Shown: piece after piece, positions 26,192 through 38,555 of the stretch
How the letters are laid out: every line of letters starts with the position of its first letter
Position numbering within the stretch: position 1 is the stretch's first letter
Source of the DNA: Octopus sinensis
Taxonomy: Eukaryota
Direction of reading: 5' to 3'
DNA: 64,000 nucleotides
Assembly: GCF_006345805.1 (NCBI RefSeq)
Contig: NC_043006.1
Coordinates: forward strand, 99,138,001-99,202,000
Position numbers and translations under genes: made by a program
The notes under the pieces: model-generated
Databases searched by the model: none
Told to the model about the DNA's origin: nothing
What the model saw: only the letters and a program-made list of their open reading frames with translations

Positions 26192-26904
26192 TATTTAATT
26201 CATTTCCATTTACCGGATGTATTATCATCGTGCACGTATCTTCATCGTCATAAATATCCGGCCATACTTTTGGTATTGTTTAAAAGGCTCGGCGAAATCT
26301 GACGAAACGGAGATCTTATATATGCTTGGGTAAGAGAGATGGAGAGAGAGAGTGAAGAAAGGGATAGGGAAACAGAGTGAAAACTAAAGAGGGAAAGAGA
26401 GAGAGAGAGGGGGAGAGATTTACAAGAGCAAAAGGACAGTGTTAGAGTGAATCGGAGAACGCTACAGCAAGCGTACTATATGCACCATTAGCTGACAAAT
26501 AAATTAAATCTAAAATTAAAACTGTGTTATACGGGAGGGGCGGTTATAAGAATCATTTTTGTAGAGCGAGTTTGGAAGATAAAGATGCAGATAAAGAAAC
26601 GAAGGCATAATGTGTGTAATTAGATTCAATAATCTTATATTTACAACTATTTTAGATGAAAGATGGCTACTAACAGAGCTTTGTATTTATCCACTAAACT
26701 GTATGTGGAGAAAAGAAAGAGATACAGAGAGAAATCGAAAAGATAGCATACACTACTTTGCGTGTGTATACAATACATCCACTGAGCAACTCTCTGATCT
26801 GATTAGAGCGGTATAAATTTTCGGTATATTTACCTGTCTCTACTTACACACTAATATCAAACTTAGTTTTGCGTATGTGTATAAGCACACACACACATAC
26901 ACAC

Positions 26905-26935
<31 letters not shown>

Positions 26936-26981
26936 TGCATGTATGTATATATATATATATAAATATATATATATTATATAA

Positions 26982-27061
<80 letters not shown>

Positions 27062-27539
27062 TATACATATATATGTATATATGTGTATATATATATATAT
27101 TTATATATACATGTATATATATATAATATATAAATGTATATATAAATACATACATGCATATTTATTTATTTATATATATATATATATAATATTTATATAT
27201 ATGTTTATGTATATATATATATATATCGAGAGACAGAGAGAGAAATATAGACAGACAGACAGACAGATAGACAGACAGACAAACAACTGACATATGTATG
27301 TGCCTGCGGGTTAATCTCTGTGCGTTTGTGTGTGTATCTATGTTTATGTTTTTGCCTGTGGATAATGTCTAGACGACATCGTTAAACTGAAGACACATAT
27401 TTTAATATCTATCGAAAAGTCAATATCTGTTAATAATAATTCGTGTGTGAAATACAAGATATATTCCAGCTGCTTGAAACCTGCATGGGCTACATCGATG
27501 GTATGTAGATGTATACATAGCTGAAATAAAGCTGAGATA

Positions 27540-27780
27540 ATTCAACTTTCAGAGGAAACATGACCACGCTTTCCTTTAATAAAATATATTTGCATTGCAT
27601 TTCCCTGTATGAAATGGTGCCGAAATCTTCCTGACTATAAAACTATCGTTAAAGATCTGACTGGTGGCACAATCTTCCGAGCTCTTTTACAGGGCTTGAA
27701 AGCCCGCTTCAATAAACGTATGTATTTGAGATGTGGATATTTGAAATAAATAATTATGGGATCATCCTCTATTTTCTTTT
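27540..27780 (+). mobile_element. probable mariner 3' remnant
   Basis: LQGLKARFNKRMYLRCGYLK* parallels the mariner C-terminus at 6950-7020. Confidence 0.4.
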
Positions 27781-29043
27781 ATCAAAGCTAGGAATCTTTC
27801 AGTAGCCCCACGTATGTAAAGAAACATGTGATCATTTGCATGTCACTATGATTAAATTATTCCAATTTTTTAACGAAATCAAGTTAAATAGTGCTCCATC
27901 TATTCTACAAATACACAGTAAAAATGATATAAAAATATATCCCAGACAGTAGCCTGTGATATGTCACACAGATATGAAAAAAAATGAGTATTCTTCATCT
28001 CTCTCACAATCTTTCAATGTATGTATGGCGTTTATATATATATATATATATAATATTATAAAATATAATATAATATAAATATATTTATACAGACAAGGTG
28101 TGATACAAAGACAGACTGATGGAAGATAGATACGTATAGATTTATACATATACTCATTTGCAAATGTATGTTTCTTAGTATACATTTGAAGCTGATATTC
28201 ACGAAAAAGTAATAACGTTATTGAATCGGAATATTAATATGTAATTTGGAAGTGATAAATATTTTAGGGCTTATATGAAATGCCCAAATACAGTTACGTT
28301 ATTTAAACTCCTTATATACATAGAAATAATTATTCTCCTTTTAATATTAATAAAGTCTAAAATTCTAGTAACCCTAAATTTATTAATGACTTGAGAAACT
28401 GCATTTGCATTAGTGTAATAGGTACAATTTTCATTCTATACTTTTGATGATGTGGTAGTTTTCTGTATTTAACATACATCAAGGCACCGGAAAATGTAAT
28501 AAATATTTAGAAAACAGATTTTTCACACGTGATGGGAAAGTATCGTTTTTAGAAATCTGACTTAATGGAATAAATGAACATCAATAATATTTTTGTTTCT
28601 TTTTCTTAAAAGCGTGTTTTGCGTTAGTGTCAATGATTATGTATGGTTTCCGAATTGTAGAAAGGTAAATTCTGAAAATAATTATAATCAAGTTTTGTCA
28701 GTTTTACATTAAATCGTTGAATACTTTAAGAAATGTCAGCCTTGCATAAAGAATCACCTTTAAATGACAGTGATAGAGGTGGTGGAGAATAGGATACCAA
28801 ATAAAATATTAAAATGGTCGCTAAAGGAACGGAATTAATGACCAACGACAGGACATGTGAGGGACTAGATTTAGAATGTTATCATCAAAATGTCATACAA
28901 CCATAATAGTTTCTAATAAATTAATGGAATGTATTTATATATATATATATATGTGTGTGTGTGTTATATTTATATGTTATCTCTCTCTATATATATATAC
29001 ATGTTTGTATGTATGTTTGGAAGTACTTGTATATGTATATACG

Positions 29044-29177
29044 AACCACATGGTTCCGGGTTCAGTCCCACTACGTGGCACCTTGGGCAAGTGTCTTCTA
29101 CTATAGCCTCGGGCCGACCAAAGCCTTGTGAGTGGAATTGTTAGACGGAAACGGAAAGAAACCCGTCGTATATATAT

Positions 29178-29220
<43 letters not shown>

Positions 29221-29438
29221 GTGTGTGTGTGTCTGTCTGTGTTTGTCCCCCCAACATCGCTTGACAACCGATGCTGGTGTGTTTACGCCCCCGTAACTTA
29301 GCAGTTCGGCAAAAGAAACCGATAGAATAAGTACTAGGCTTACATAGAATAAGTCCTGGGGTCGATTTGCTCGACTAAAGGCGGTGCTCCAGCATGGCCA
29401 CTGTCAGGTGACTGAAACAAGTAAAAGAGTAAAAGAGA
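29044..29438 (+). mobile_element. SINE family A, 5'-truncated
   Basis: Same body and tail as 29725-30145. Confidence 0.88.
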
Positions 29439-29724
29439 GAGAAAGTATATATGGATACATTCACGTTGTTAAGGTTCATTCTTCAGATTGAAAATACATG
29501 TTAACGTCTTCATTGCTTCCATTAATCGATGAGCCCTAGCCAAATGTTTGCCTAATTTGGGATAACGAATGTAAAATGATTGGAGAACTCACAAATTGTT
29601 ATTGGCAAATCCATATGAAAAAGCTTTTCCGGTCGTATAATTGCAAGGGAACTTTTACTACACATATCTCAATTTTGTGTTTAAGAAACGTTTTTAACTT
29701 TGCTAAAGTAACTAACAACATAAA

Positions 29725-30145
29725 TAGGCGCAGGAGTGGCTGTGTGGTAAGTAGCTTGTTTACCAACCACATGGTTCCGGGTTCAGTCCCAGTGCGTGGC
29801 ACCTTGGGCAAGTGTCTTCTACTATAGCCTCGGGCCGACCAATGCCTTGTGAGTGGATTTGGTAGACGGAAACTGAAAGAAGCCCGTCGTATATATGTAT
29901 ATATATATATATATGCGTGTGTGTGTTTGTGTGTTTGTGTTTGTCCCCCTAGCATTGCTTGACAACCGATGCTGGTGTGTTTATGTCCCCGTCACTTAGC
30001 GGTTCGGCAAAAAGAGACCGATAGAATAAGTACTGGGCTTACAAAAGAATAAGTCCCGGGGTCGAGTTGCTCGATTAAAGGCGGTGCTCCAGCTTGGCCG
30101 CAGTCAAATGACTGAAACAAGTAAAAGAGTAAAAGAGTAAGAGTA
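29725..30145 (+). mobile_element. SINE family A, full length
   Basis: AGGCGCAGGAGTGGCTGTGTGGTAAG (A box region), GGGTTCAGTCCC (B-like box), internal microsatellite, (AGTAAAAG)n tail. Confidence 0.9.
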
Positions 30146-31152
30146 ATAAATCGTTCATAAATAAAAATTATGTTTCTTTCAGATAAACCTGTTGTTCATC
30201 ATACTAGTATTGCAAGATTAAAAGTGGGGGAAGATGGTGCATAATACACCCGGTTTGGCTGCAGAATTTGGCTGCATGAATGCAGTTGAGATGAACTGTA
30301 TTTCTGTTAAGCTGATTTTCATTTCAACTAAATTCCAGTTGCTTCACCTTCATAAAAAAGAATACTTTGAAATTTGGATGTCTACTTTAAAACAGATGTG
30401 GATATTGAAAAGAATGTTACACATTATCTATATTTTCCATGTCAACTTGAACTTAGCTCCTTAAACAACCTTTGTTAATAAGAAAATAATTTATCTATAA
30501 CAACATTTGAAATAACTCGGGAATATCAGCAACAATTTCATTATCCATTCCTCTGAGTATCTAAATAGAAATTTAAAATAAATATAAGATAACTCCCGTC
30601 CAACACAACATTGAACAAAGTGCATTGGTTGGGAATATATCGCTTACATAGTTAAGTAAATCATCCAACAGCGATACAATAACTACCATGGTAAATTCGA
30701 AGAACACATATTACATCACATTATACTCTAGTACAAATTAAACTACACAGAATGTAGATATCCCCTATCACCCGAGATTTTCTCAACTATTGCGTAATGT
30801 TATTAATTGTAATAGACCTTCAGAAGACCATAATAATCACGTTAAAGCTATTTCCCAGCGGTCAGGAGTAGAAAATATGTTTTCTAAGAACGAAGCATAT
30901 TAAACTCCAATAACGTATTACGTTAAGAAGGATAATTATTCATTATATTATATAAAGATTCATACACTCGTTACCTTGGCCCCATATAACAAAAGATGTA
31001 CATATTCCAAGGGTATTTTAATCGTATTTGATTTTAAAGAGCCATATATCCTTCAGAGTATACAGTGATATAAACACTTAAACATCGAGCGTTGATTAAT
31101 TGATAGACACACACGTACAAACATGCACATACGGAGGCACGCACACACACAC

Positions 31153-31213
<61 letters not shown>

Positions 31214-31221
31214 TACATATA

Positions 31222-31453
31222 TATTTCTTTACTACCCACAAGGGGCTAAACACAGAGAGGACAAACAAGGACAGACAAAGGGATTAAGTCGATTACATCG
31301 ACCCCAGTGCGTAACTGGTACTTAATTTATCGACCCCGAAAGGATGAAAGGCAAAGTCGACCTCGGCGGAATTTGAACTCGGAACGCAACGACAAACGAA
31401 ATACGGCTACGAATTTCGCCCGGCGTGCTAACGTTTCTGCCAGCTCGCCGCCT
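31222..31453 (-). mobile_element. SINE family B, full length
   Basis: Head GGCGGCGAGCTGGCAGAAACGTTAGC, GAGTTCAAATT B box, family core. Confidence 0.9.
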
Positions 31454-31499
31454 ACACACAAATACATATAGTTTAAATTTACAGAAAACAAAGCACAAA

Positions 31500-32830
31500 A
31501 GACTAACATAGGTGTAGGAACAACAAGCAGATGTATAAGTTTAACGCTCGGGAAGAATGGAAACGGCTCTTACATTATGAGCATATGCTCTTCGACAGAA
31601 AAATGCAAACAAAATTTTTAAAAGCAGTCCAACATGGCGAGATAAGTGAAAAAAGAGGCTGAATGAAAGGGAGATAATAATAATAACAATAACGGTAAGG
31701 GTGATCCTAACAAAGTAAGGTGTGCAAGTACATGCGAGAATGGTGTGTGTGAATGAGTATGCGTGAATGGGGTCGAGTGAGTGTGTGTGTGTGTGTGTGC
31801 GTATGGACGTGTGTGTATGCGTGAGGCTAACGTGTATGTGCGTATGGACGTGTGTGTATGCGTGAGGCTAACGTGTATGTGCGTATGGACGTGTGTGTAT
31901 GCGTGAGGCTAAAGTGTGTGTGCGTAGCAGTTGATGTTTGCTTGTTCAGGTGGTATGCGCCCGTGTGTATGTGTTTGTGTGTCTGTGACCAAATAGAATG
32001 CATGTGTTTAGTATGTCTGTAGCTGAATGTTACCTGTGTCTGTGCGTGTTGCGGGTGTGTATAATATTTTCTGTGTTCAGGTATTAAGTGTTCCTCGTTT
32101 GGGATTGTGCATGATGGTGTATACTGAGTTGAACAGTGTGTGGGTCTACTCGTATAGTCGTATGTCTGGTGAGGCTTTTGGAGATTGTGTGGATAAGGGT
32201 GTGTGGTGTGGGTGCAAAGTATTCGGTGCTAGTGTATGTTGAGTGGGAAGATGTTTGTGTGCGCGTGCATAGATGCTTGTTGGTGTGTGTGTAATGGTGT
32301 GTGAAGTGATTAATGAGACGAACAGCACGTATGTGCGTTTGTATAGTAGTTTGTGTATGGTGAGGGTATTCTGTTAACGGCGAAGGCGAGAGTCCGGGTA
32401 GTCGCTGTATAGAGACAGTCCGAACACAGACAGATGTTGTAGCAAATGAACGGTAGACCAGAAGTGGTGCACGACCGGGATGTCATTGCCATTGGCGTCC
32501 TGTTTGACCAATATAAGGGGAAGGACAGAGAGTGCAGTTGATGGAGTAAATAATAGGTAAAGTTGTCTATGACGAAATAGGGACGGTGACGGGTACCAAA
32601 GAGAATGGCGTTCTTGGAGAGGTTGGGTCAGGTGAGACAGCGTGGGTGAGAGCATAGGAAGGAGCTAGGCTGGGAAGCAGGGGTAGGTGAGAAACTGAGG
32701 ACGAGGAGGTCACGCCGTCTACTTGAGGTATCTTTGATTTTTTTATATCTATTTCCTTTTGGCTCTTCGCATGTATCTTTTTCTGCAGAAGAGCGTAGGA
32801 AATACGCTCAAAATGCAAGTTTTTTTGTGG
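31500..32830 (-). mobile_element. old 5'-truncated PLE: GIY-YIG remnant, CA-rich 3' tract and inverted pLTR pair
   Basis: Minus frames read IIYSINCTLCPSPYIGQTGR and NDIPVVHHF...SVFGLSL...SRLRR (about 32330-32570). HHR-like motifs lie at 31567-31602 (minus) and 32783-32818 (plus). Confidence 0.75.
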
Positions 32831-32939
32831 GCTAAATATACTTTAACCTGTTTGTTTTAACCTCATCTTTAGCACTCTAGATAGATACATGCATACCTAC
32901 ATACATACGTACATACAAACATATATACATACAGATCGC

Positions 32940-33150
32940 CATGTTGATTCGCTAGCCTCTGCACGCATTTTTTTCTCTCCTTGTTTCTCTCCATGTTTCT
33001 TTTCTGTGTATCTTTCTGTTGAAGAGCGTAGGCTCGAAACGTAAAATACTTGTTTTATTTCTATTCCTGAGCGCCATACTAATACAATTGTTTGTTTGTA
33101 CTCCACCTGCCTTCGTCTTGTGTTTATTTTCATAAAGCTTCCCGTTATAT
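32940..33150 (+). mobile_element. pLTR-like fragment, CUGU-core HHR family
   Basis: Homologous to 11545-11710, 31500-31640 and 42372-42510. Confidence 0.7.
33008..33049 (+). ncRNA. minimal hammerhead-like motif with U at position 6
   Basis: GTATCTTT CTGTTGAA GAGC GTAG GCTC GAAA CG TA AAATAC. Confidence 0.65.
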
Positions 33151-33473
33151 ACATACATACATACACACACACATACATACATACATACATACATACATAC
33201 ATACATACATACATACATACATACATACATACACACACACATACATACATACATACATACATACAATAGCAACAAACATGCACATATACACATATACACA
33301 TGTACATGGAAAAATACCCTGTTGAAGCCTGTTCGTTCTGTGGCAATTCCAATGAATGAGACTTGGAACTATGTTAGAATCCAGCTTTTTGTCTATTAGC
33401 AAGAAATGTCGAAAACGTGAATAATTTCATACATGCGAGCACCCACGCTCATATACTGAATGTATATCCATCG

Positions 33474-33546
<73 letters not shown>

Positions 33547-33970
33547 CAAACGTGTGCATGTGGGTGTGTGTGTGTGTGTGTGTGTGTTCGTGTGTGTGTG
33601 TGTTGGTAGTCAGTAGGTTCGATGCGGGATCCAGTTCATCCAATCACCAGAACGGCTTTCTCGTGATATTAACATGCAAGTAGCTAAGCAGTCCACTAAT
33701 ATTCGTACTCTCAACTGACCTGATGAACGTGCATTAAGGTGCCTGGCTTCAGGACCCAATGAAGCGACACGTTTCAAACTCACCATCTTAATATAGTGAA
33801 TCGAATTTCCTGGACACTGTACCACGTGCCTCACACACACACGCACACACACACACACACGCACATACAGACACACAATAAGCAAGGATAAAATCTTCAA
33901 AAGGTCTTGTCGGGTAGCCAGCATGTAATGAATTAGCCAACAGGTAATAACTAATACAAGCGTATATAAT

Positions 33971-34450
33971 TACTAGCTGTTGGACTCGGCGTTGTTCGTG
34001 TCTTCCTTGCTGAAGTTAAGCCCACCTCTGACCTTGCATTGAAATCTTCTACGTTTTCCGTGCCAACTACTAAGTGGTTACCCATTCAGATATTGCATCG
34101 GGTTCGGCAGGGATTGTACACGGTTAGCGCTTTAGATATACTCCTACATACTGGGCCGTCTGAAATCGCAGTCAAAATTTTGTGTGTAACTCGACACATT
34201 ACTGCCACCATTTCTCTCCCACTGATGCCACCATCTGTATCACAGTCGGACAAAACATGCAAAAGCAGCGGGGAAAATAACATTGTTATGAGAATTTCCA
34301 TTCAACGCCCGAAAATCGATGCCAACTGAGCTTTATCGAGTTTTTGAAAAATTCCGGCATTATTTGAACTTCAGGACATGTGATCTACCTGCGTGCCAAA
34401 AATCGTTAAAATCGGTTGGACGGTGTGGTAAAACATATATACATACATAC
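33971..34450 (+). mobile_element. Helentron-like non-autonomous element (HINE/DINE type)
   Basis: 5' TACTAGCTG...CGGCGTTG; 3' TGCCAAAAATCGTTAAAATCGGTTG..GGTGTGG followed by (CATA)n. Confidence 0.55.
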
Positions 34451-36073
34451 ATAAAATATTTCCAATTTGCAAGGTTCGAGTCGAGTACTCCCTTGCACGC
34501 TCCGTTGACTCGAACCTTGCTTCTATTGTGGCAAATTTACCGCCTCTGGTTAGATACTTTATATCTTTCATAGTTGCACCAAGACACTTTTCTATGGTGC
34601 TTTCCTCCAGGTGTTCAAATCTTTTTTTTTCTACACCGTATACTTTATAGACAATAGTATTTTCTTTAATTTAATTTTTTATTTCGTTTGGTGGTGTTAT
34701 CCTAGATTCACCGTCTTTGTCGGTGATCAATCCGAAATATGTTTGTATTTCTTCCATTTTAATACTATGTATTAGTAATAAAATACAGTGTACATTTAAA
34801 CACATAAGGAATCCACTTTTGGGATTCAACACGCTAGAAAGAACAGCTAGGTTCTATAACCACAGAATTAGAGATAAAATTCGACAGTACATTTTGATAA
34901 AAATTAGGATGTATAAACAAGAGGCGCATAGTTTGGTCGCCTCGTGTTTATATATTTAACCCAAGATGTTCTTGTTGAGGACGTTTTCACCTAGCTGGTA
35001 CATTTTTCATTAGCACGGCTAGAAAAGTGAATAAGTAAGATTTCTTGAAAGAGGATTAACTATAGATCGATTTTTGGTTTAGGGATTTAAAATCTCCGTT
35101 ACTTCATCAGTATAGTAACCTGTTGTACATTATTGTTAATATCCTTTTTGCAGTGACGAAAAGTAACTTATCTCGAAAACGTGTAAACAAGAAATAATAA
35201 ATCTCTGAGTTTTATTATAGATACAACTTGCTCCGACCAGAATATTCACTGCGTTATTATTTTTGGTCGTATATACATGTGTTGAGGTGTATAGATTAGA
35301 TTTAGCTCGTATATAAAAGTGAACATCTGTATATATGATTATGGATGCGTGATATTCGTATTTTTATGCATAAACATTGACAATAATGTACAACAGGTTA
35401 CTATACTGATGAAGAAACAGGGATTTTAAATCCCTAAACCAAAAATCGATCTATAGTTAGTCCTCTTTCAAGAAATCTTACTTATTCACTTTTCTAGCCT
35501 TCAGTCCGTGCTAATGAAAAACGTACCAGTTAGGTGAAAACGTCCTCAACAAGTACACCTTAGGTTAAATATATAAACACGAGGCGACCAAACTATGCGC
35601 CTCTTGTTTATACATCCTAATTTTTATCAAAATGTACTGTCGAATTTTATCTCTAATTCTGTGGTTATAGAACCTAGCTGTTCTTTCTAGCGTGTTGAAT
35701 CCCACAAGTGGATTCCTTATGTGTTTAAATGTACACTGTATTTTATTACTAATACATAGTATTAAAATGGAAGAAATACAAACATATTTCGGATTGATCA
35801 CCGACAAAGACGGTAAATCTAGGATAACACCACCAAACGAAATAAAAAATTAAATTAAAGAAAAGACTATTGTCTATAAAGTATACGGTGTAGAAAAAAA
35901 AAAGTTTGAACACCTGGAGGAAAGCACCATCGAAAAGTGTCTTGGTGCGACTATGAAAGATATAAAGTATCTAACCAGAGGCGGTAAATTTGCCACAATA
36001 GAAGCAAGGTTCGAGTCAACGGAGCGTGCAAGGGAGTACTAGACTCGAACCTTGCAAAGTGGAAATATTTTAT
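34451..36073. mobile_element. foldback element, about 690-bp inverted arms and 235-bp spacer, HHR-like motif in each arm
   Basis: 34451-35140 is a near-identical reverse complement of 35376-36073; the mirrored 80-aa ORFs in the ORF track confirm this. Confidence 0.92.
35401..35456 (+). ncRNA. hammerhead-like motif with GAAA decayed (mirror 35061-35115, minus)
   Basis: CTATA CTGATGA AG..GGGATTT TAAATCCC..CC AAAAA TCGA TC TATAG. Stem I is CTATA/TATAG and stem III is the palindrome ATCGAT; G12 is missing. Confidence 0.6.
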
Positions 36074-36320
36074 TTTTATCTTTATATCTGGGACGTAGGA
36101 TGTCCCGGATAAAAATTTAAAATGTACCCCCAGAAGTAGAGGTAGGCTGGATTGTAGCCATACTTCTATACAAGAGGGAGGACAAGATACAATTGATCGA
36201 AATTGCAAGAGACGGACTTACAATTCCAGACCGTTATCAAGATACAACTTTCCATTTTGTATTTTATGTGTAGATGTATATATATAGATGTACATGTAAT
36301 ATGTACACATATATATACAC

Positions 36321-36361
36321 ACTAGCACTATGACCCGGCAACGACGGGTCATAATGCTAGT
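36321..36361. repeat. 41-bp solo hairpin resembling a Helentron end
   Basis: ACTAGCACTATGACCCG GCAACGA CGGGTCATAATGCTAGT. Confidence 0.75.
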
Positions 36362-36740
36362 ATATATATATATATATATTTATGTATGTATGTATGTATA
36401 TATATATATATATATATGTATTTATGCATTAAGTATGTATGTATGTTTGTATGTATGTATATTTATATACATCAGCAAATTCTATTTGTTCAGTTGAAAA
36501 CTTTCCTTGTCAACAACAGGCGTACCTCAGAATAGCAGGAAACTGATTAGTAAGATAAAATATTATTAATCTCTACTAAGTTACTGAAAAACCTTTTTTG
36601 CCGATAGTCAACTCGAAAGAAATATGTATGTATAAGCGGTATCAAGATGAGCTACTTATAAACCAATCATCTAAGATAAGGCTGAAAGACAATTTCAATG
36701 TTAGCTGTATCTTTTATCATTTATTCTTTGTTTGTTTCAA

Positions 36741-37223
36741 GGCGGTGAGCTGGCAGAAACGTTAGCGGTATTTCGTCTGCGTTATGTTGTGAATTCAAAT
36801 TCCGCAGAGGTCGACTTTGCTTTTCATCCTTTCGGGGTCGATAAATTAAGTACCAGTTACGCACTGGGGTCGATGTAATCGACTTAATCCGTTTGTCTGT
36901 CCTTGTTTATCCCCTCTGTGTTTAGCCCCTTGTGGGTAGTAAACGAAATAGGTATTTCGTCTGCCGTTACGTTGTGAGTTCAAACTTCGCCGAGGTCGAC
37001 TTTGCCTTTCATCCTTTCGGAGTCGATTAAATAAGTACCAGTTACGCACTGGGGTCGATATAATCGACTTAATCCGTTTCTCTGTCCTCGTTTGTCCTCT
37101 CTGTGTTTAGCCCCTTGTGGTTAGTAAAGAAATAGGGATTTCGCTGGTCGCTACCTACCGAGTTCAAATTCCGCCGAGGTCGACTTTTCTTTTCATCCTT
37201 TCGGGGTCGATAAATAAAGTACC
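36741..37223 (+). repeat. SINE family B tandem trimer, 184-bp period
   Basis: Units start at 36767, 36951 and 37135; the third is truncated. Confidence 0.9.
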
Positions 37224-37849
37224 ATACTGCAAAACTGCTGCAATAAGTGAGTGAATCTTAGAAGGTAGATACTGAATAAAAGCATAATTAACTGGTCCCT
37301 CTGTATTTTCTTTTGTCTATAGCCAAGACGTTTTTAGTACATCCTCATATACACTAGATGCTTCCGCAAATTTTTCGCCAAACAAATTCACTTGCGGCGC
37401 ATCCGCCTGACCGGGGCTACAGAAGAGGGTAGTAGAACGAGTTCCTATGCAAGTGGACTGAGTCCCAAACAAAATGGTATCAAGACGAGTTTACTTCCAA
37501 CACAGTCATGCCGGCTCCTAAAAGTAGTAATGTTCTCATCAGGGAATGGAGGTTGGGCCAGCTGGGCGAAACTCAGGAATCCTGACGACTAGACCACAAG
37601 AAATGTTTCATGTAATTTCTCTAATAGTATATGTTAATTAATATCCGTATTCTGATCATAAGGTGTTTTTCAGGGAAGTCTGTTTACATAAGTAGTAGAT
37701 ATATTACGAATGTATATAATGTGATCGATAAAAATAGTACGACAAACAATACGCATGAGATTAGGACAATGAATGCGTACTTAAAATAATTCATATGAAT
37801 GTATAATTTTGTTAACGTGCAAGCTTAAATAATATGTTGACCACCAACA

Positions 37850-38450
37850 AACACTCCTTTTTTCCGCTTTTCCTCTTTTTTTCACTTCCTTACACTTTTT
37901 AATTTTCTCTTCTTGCTTTCATTTTCTCTTCCTCTTTCGTATCTTCTTTTCTCACTTTTTGCTTTGACATGTCTTGTCATTTTAACATATACATTTCATC
38001 TCCCCTCTCTATCCACTTAATTCTCCATTACATTCTGAGATATTCCTTCATACATGAAGAACCCTTTGAATGACCAGCACATGGAATCTACGTCTCCAAA
38101 CTTTCCATTTGTAATGACAAAATATGAACTCCTAATGGAATTTACATACCACGAAGAGAAAGCACTTCTTCCACCTCTACACACCACTTCCCTTAGGTAA
38201 TGGAACTGCATTATAACATCCTTATACATTTTTATATCTATTTTTATTTCTACTCTCATTCTCCTATTTTCCTATCTACACCTAATTTGCTTCCTTTTCC
38301 AAAATAACTCCTCATATTGAATTCTAATATTTGCCTCAATTTAACTATCACACATCGTCTCTGATGAAGGGAAACAGATGTAAGACTAAGTTTCTCTTTA
38401 TAAATGTCCCGAAAATTCCACACAGCCTTGGCTTTGTTGTCTCATTTTAT
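37850..38450 (+). mobile_element. PLE-like 3' end with stem II-deleted hammerhead at 38357-38386
   Basis: A pyrimidine-rich tract leads to GTCT CTGATGA AGG GAAA CAGATG TA AGAC; the downstream CCTTGGCTT..TTGTTGTC is shared with 52025-52140 (minus). Confidence 0.55.
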
Positions 38451-38555
38451 TTAACGCACACACATACTACACACACACGCACACACACACACACACAGAC
38501 ACACATACACACACACACTCAAATATATGTAGAAAATTGTTTAACTTAATATAAT

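Noticed and set aside
27469-27719. Apparent exons with good splice signals (LLETCMGYID; NLPDYKTIVKDL..KARFNK)
   Set aside because: They do not join in frame, and the second reads on into a mariner-like C-terminus.
30560-31090. Possible further PLE endonuclease relic (QRYNNYH, LAPYNKRC)
   Set aside because: The motifs are too short and scattered to support a feature call.
33720-33726. CTGATGA as a hammerhead core
   Set aside because: No suitably placed GAAA or closing stem I.
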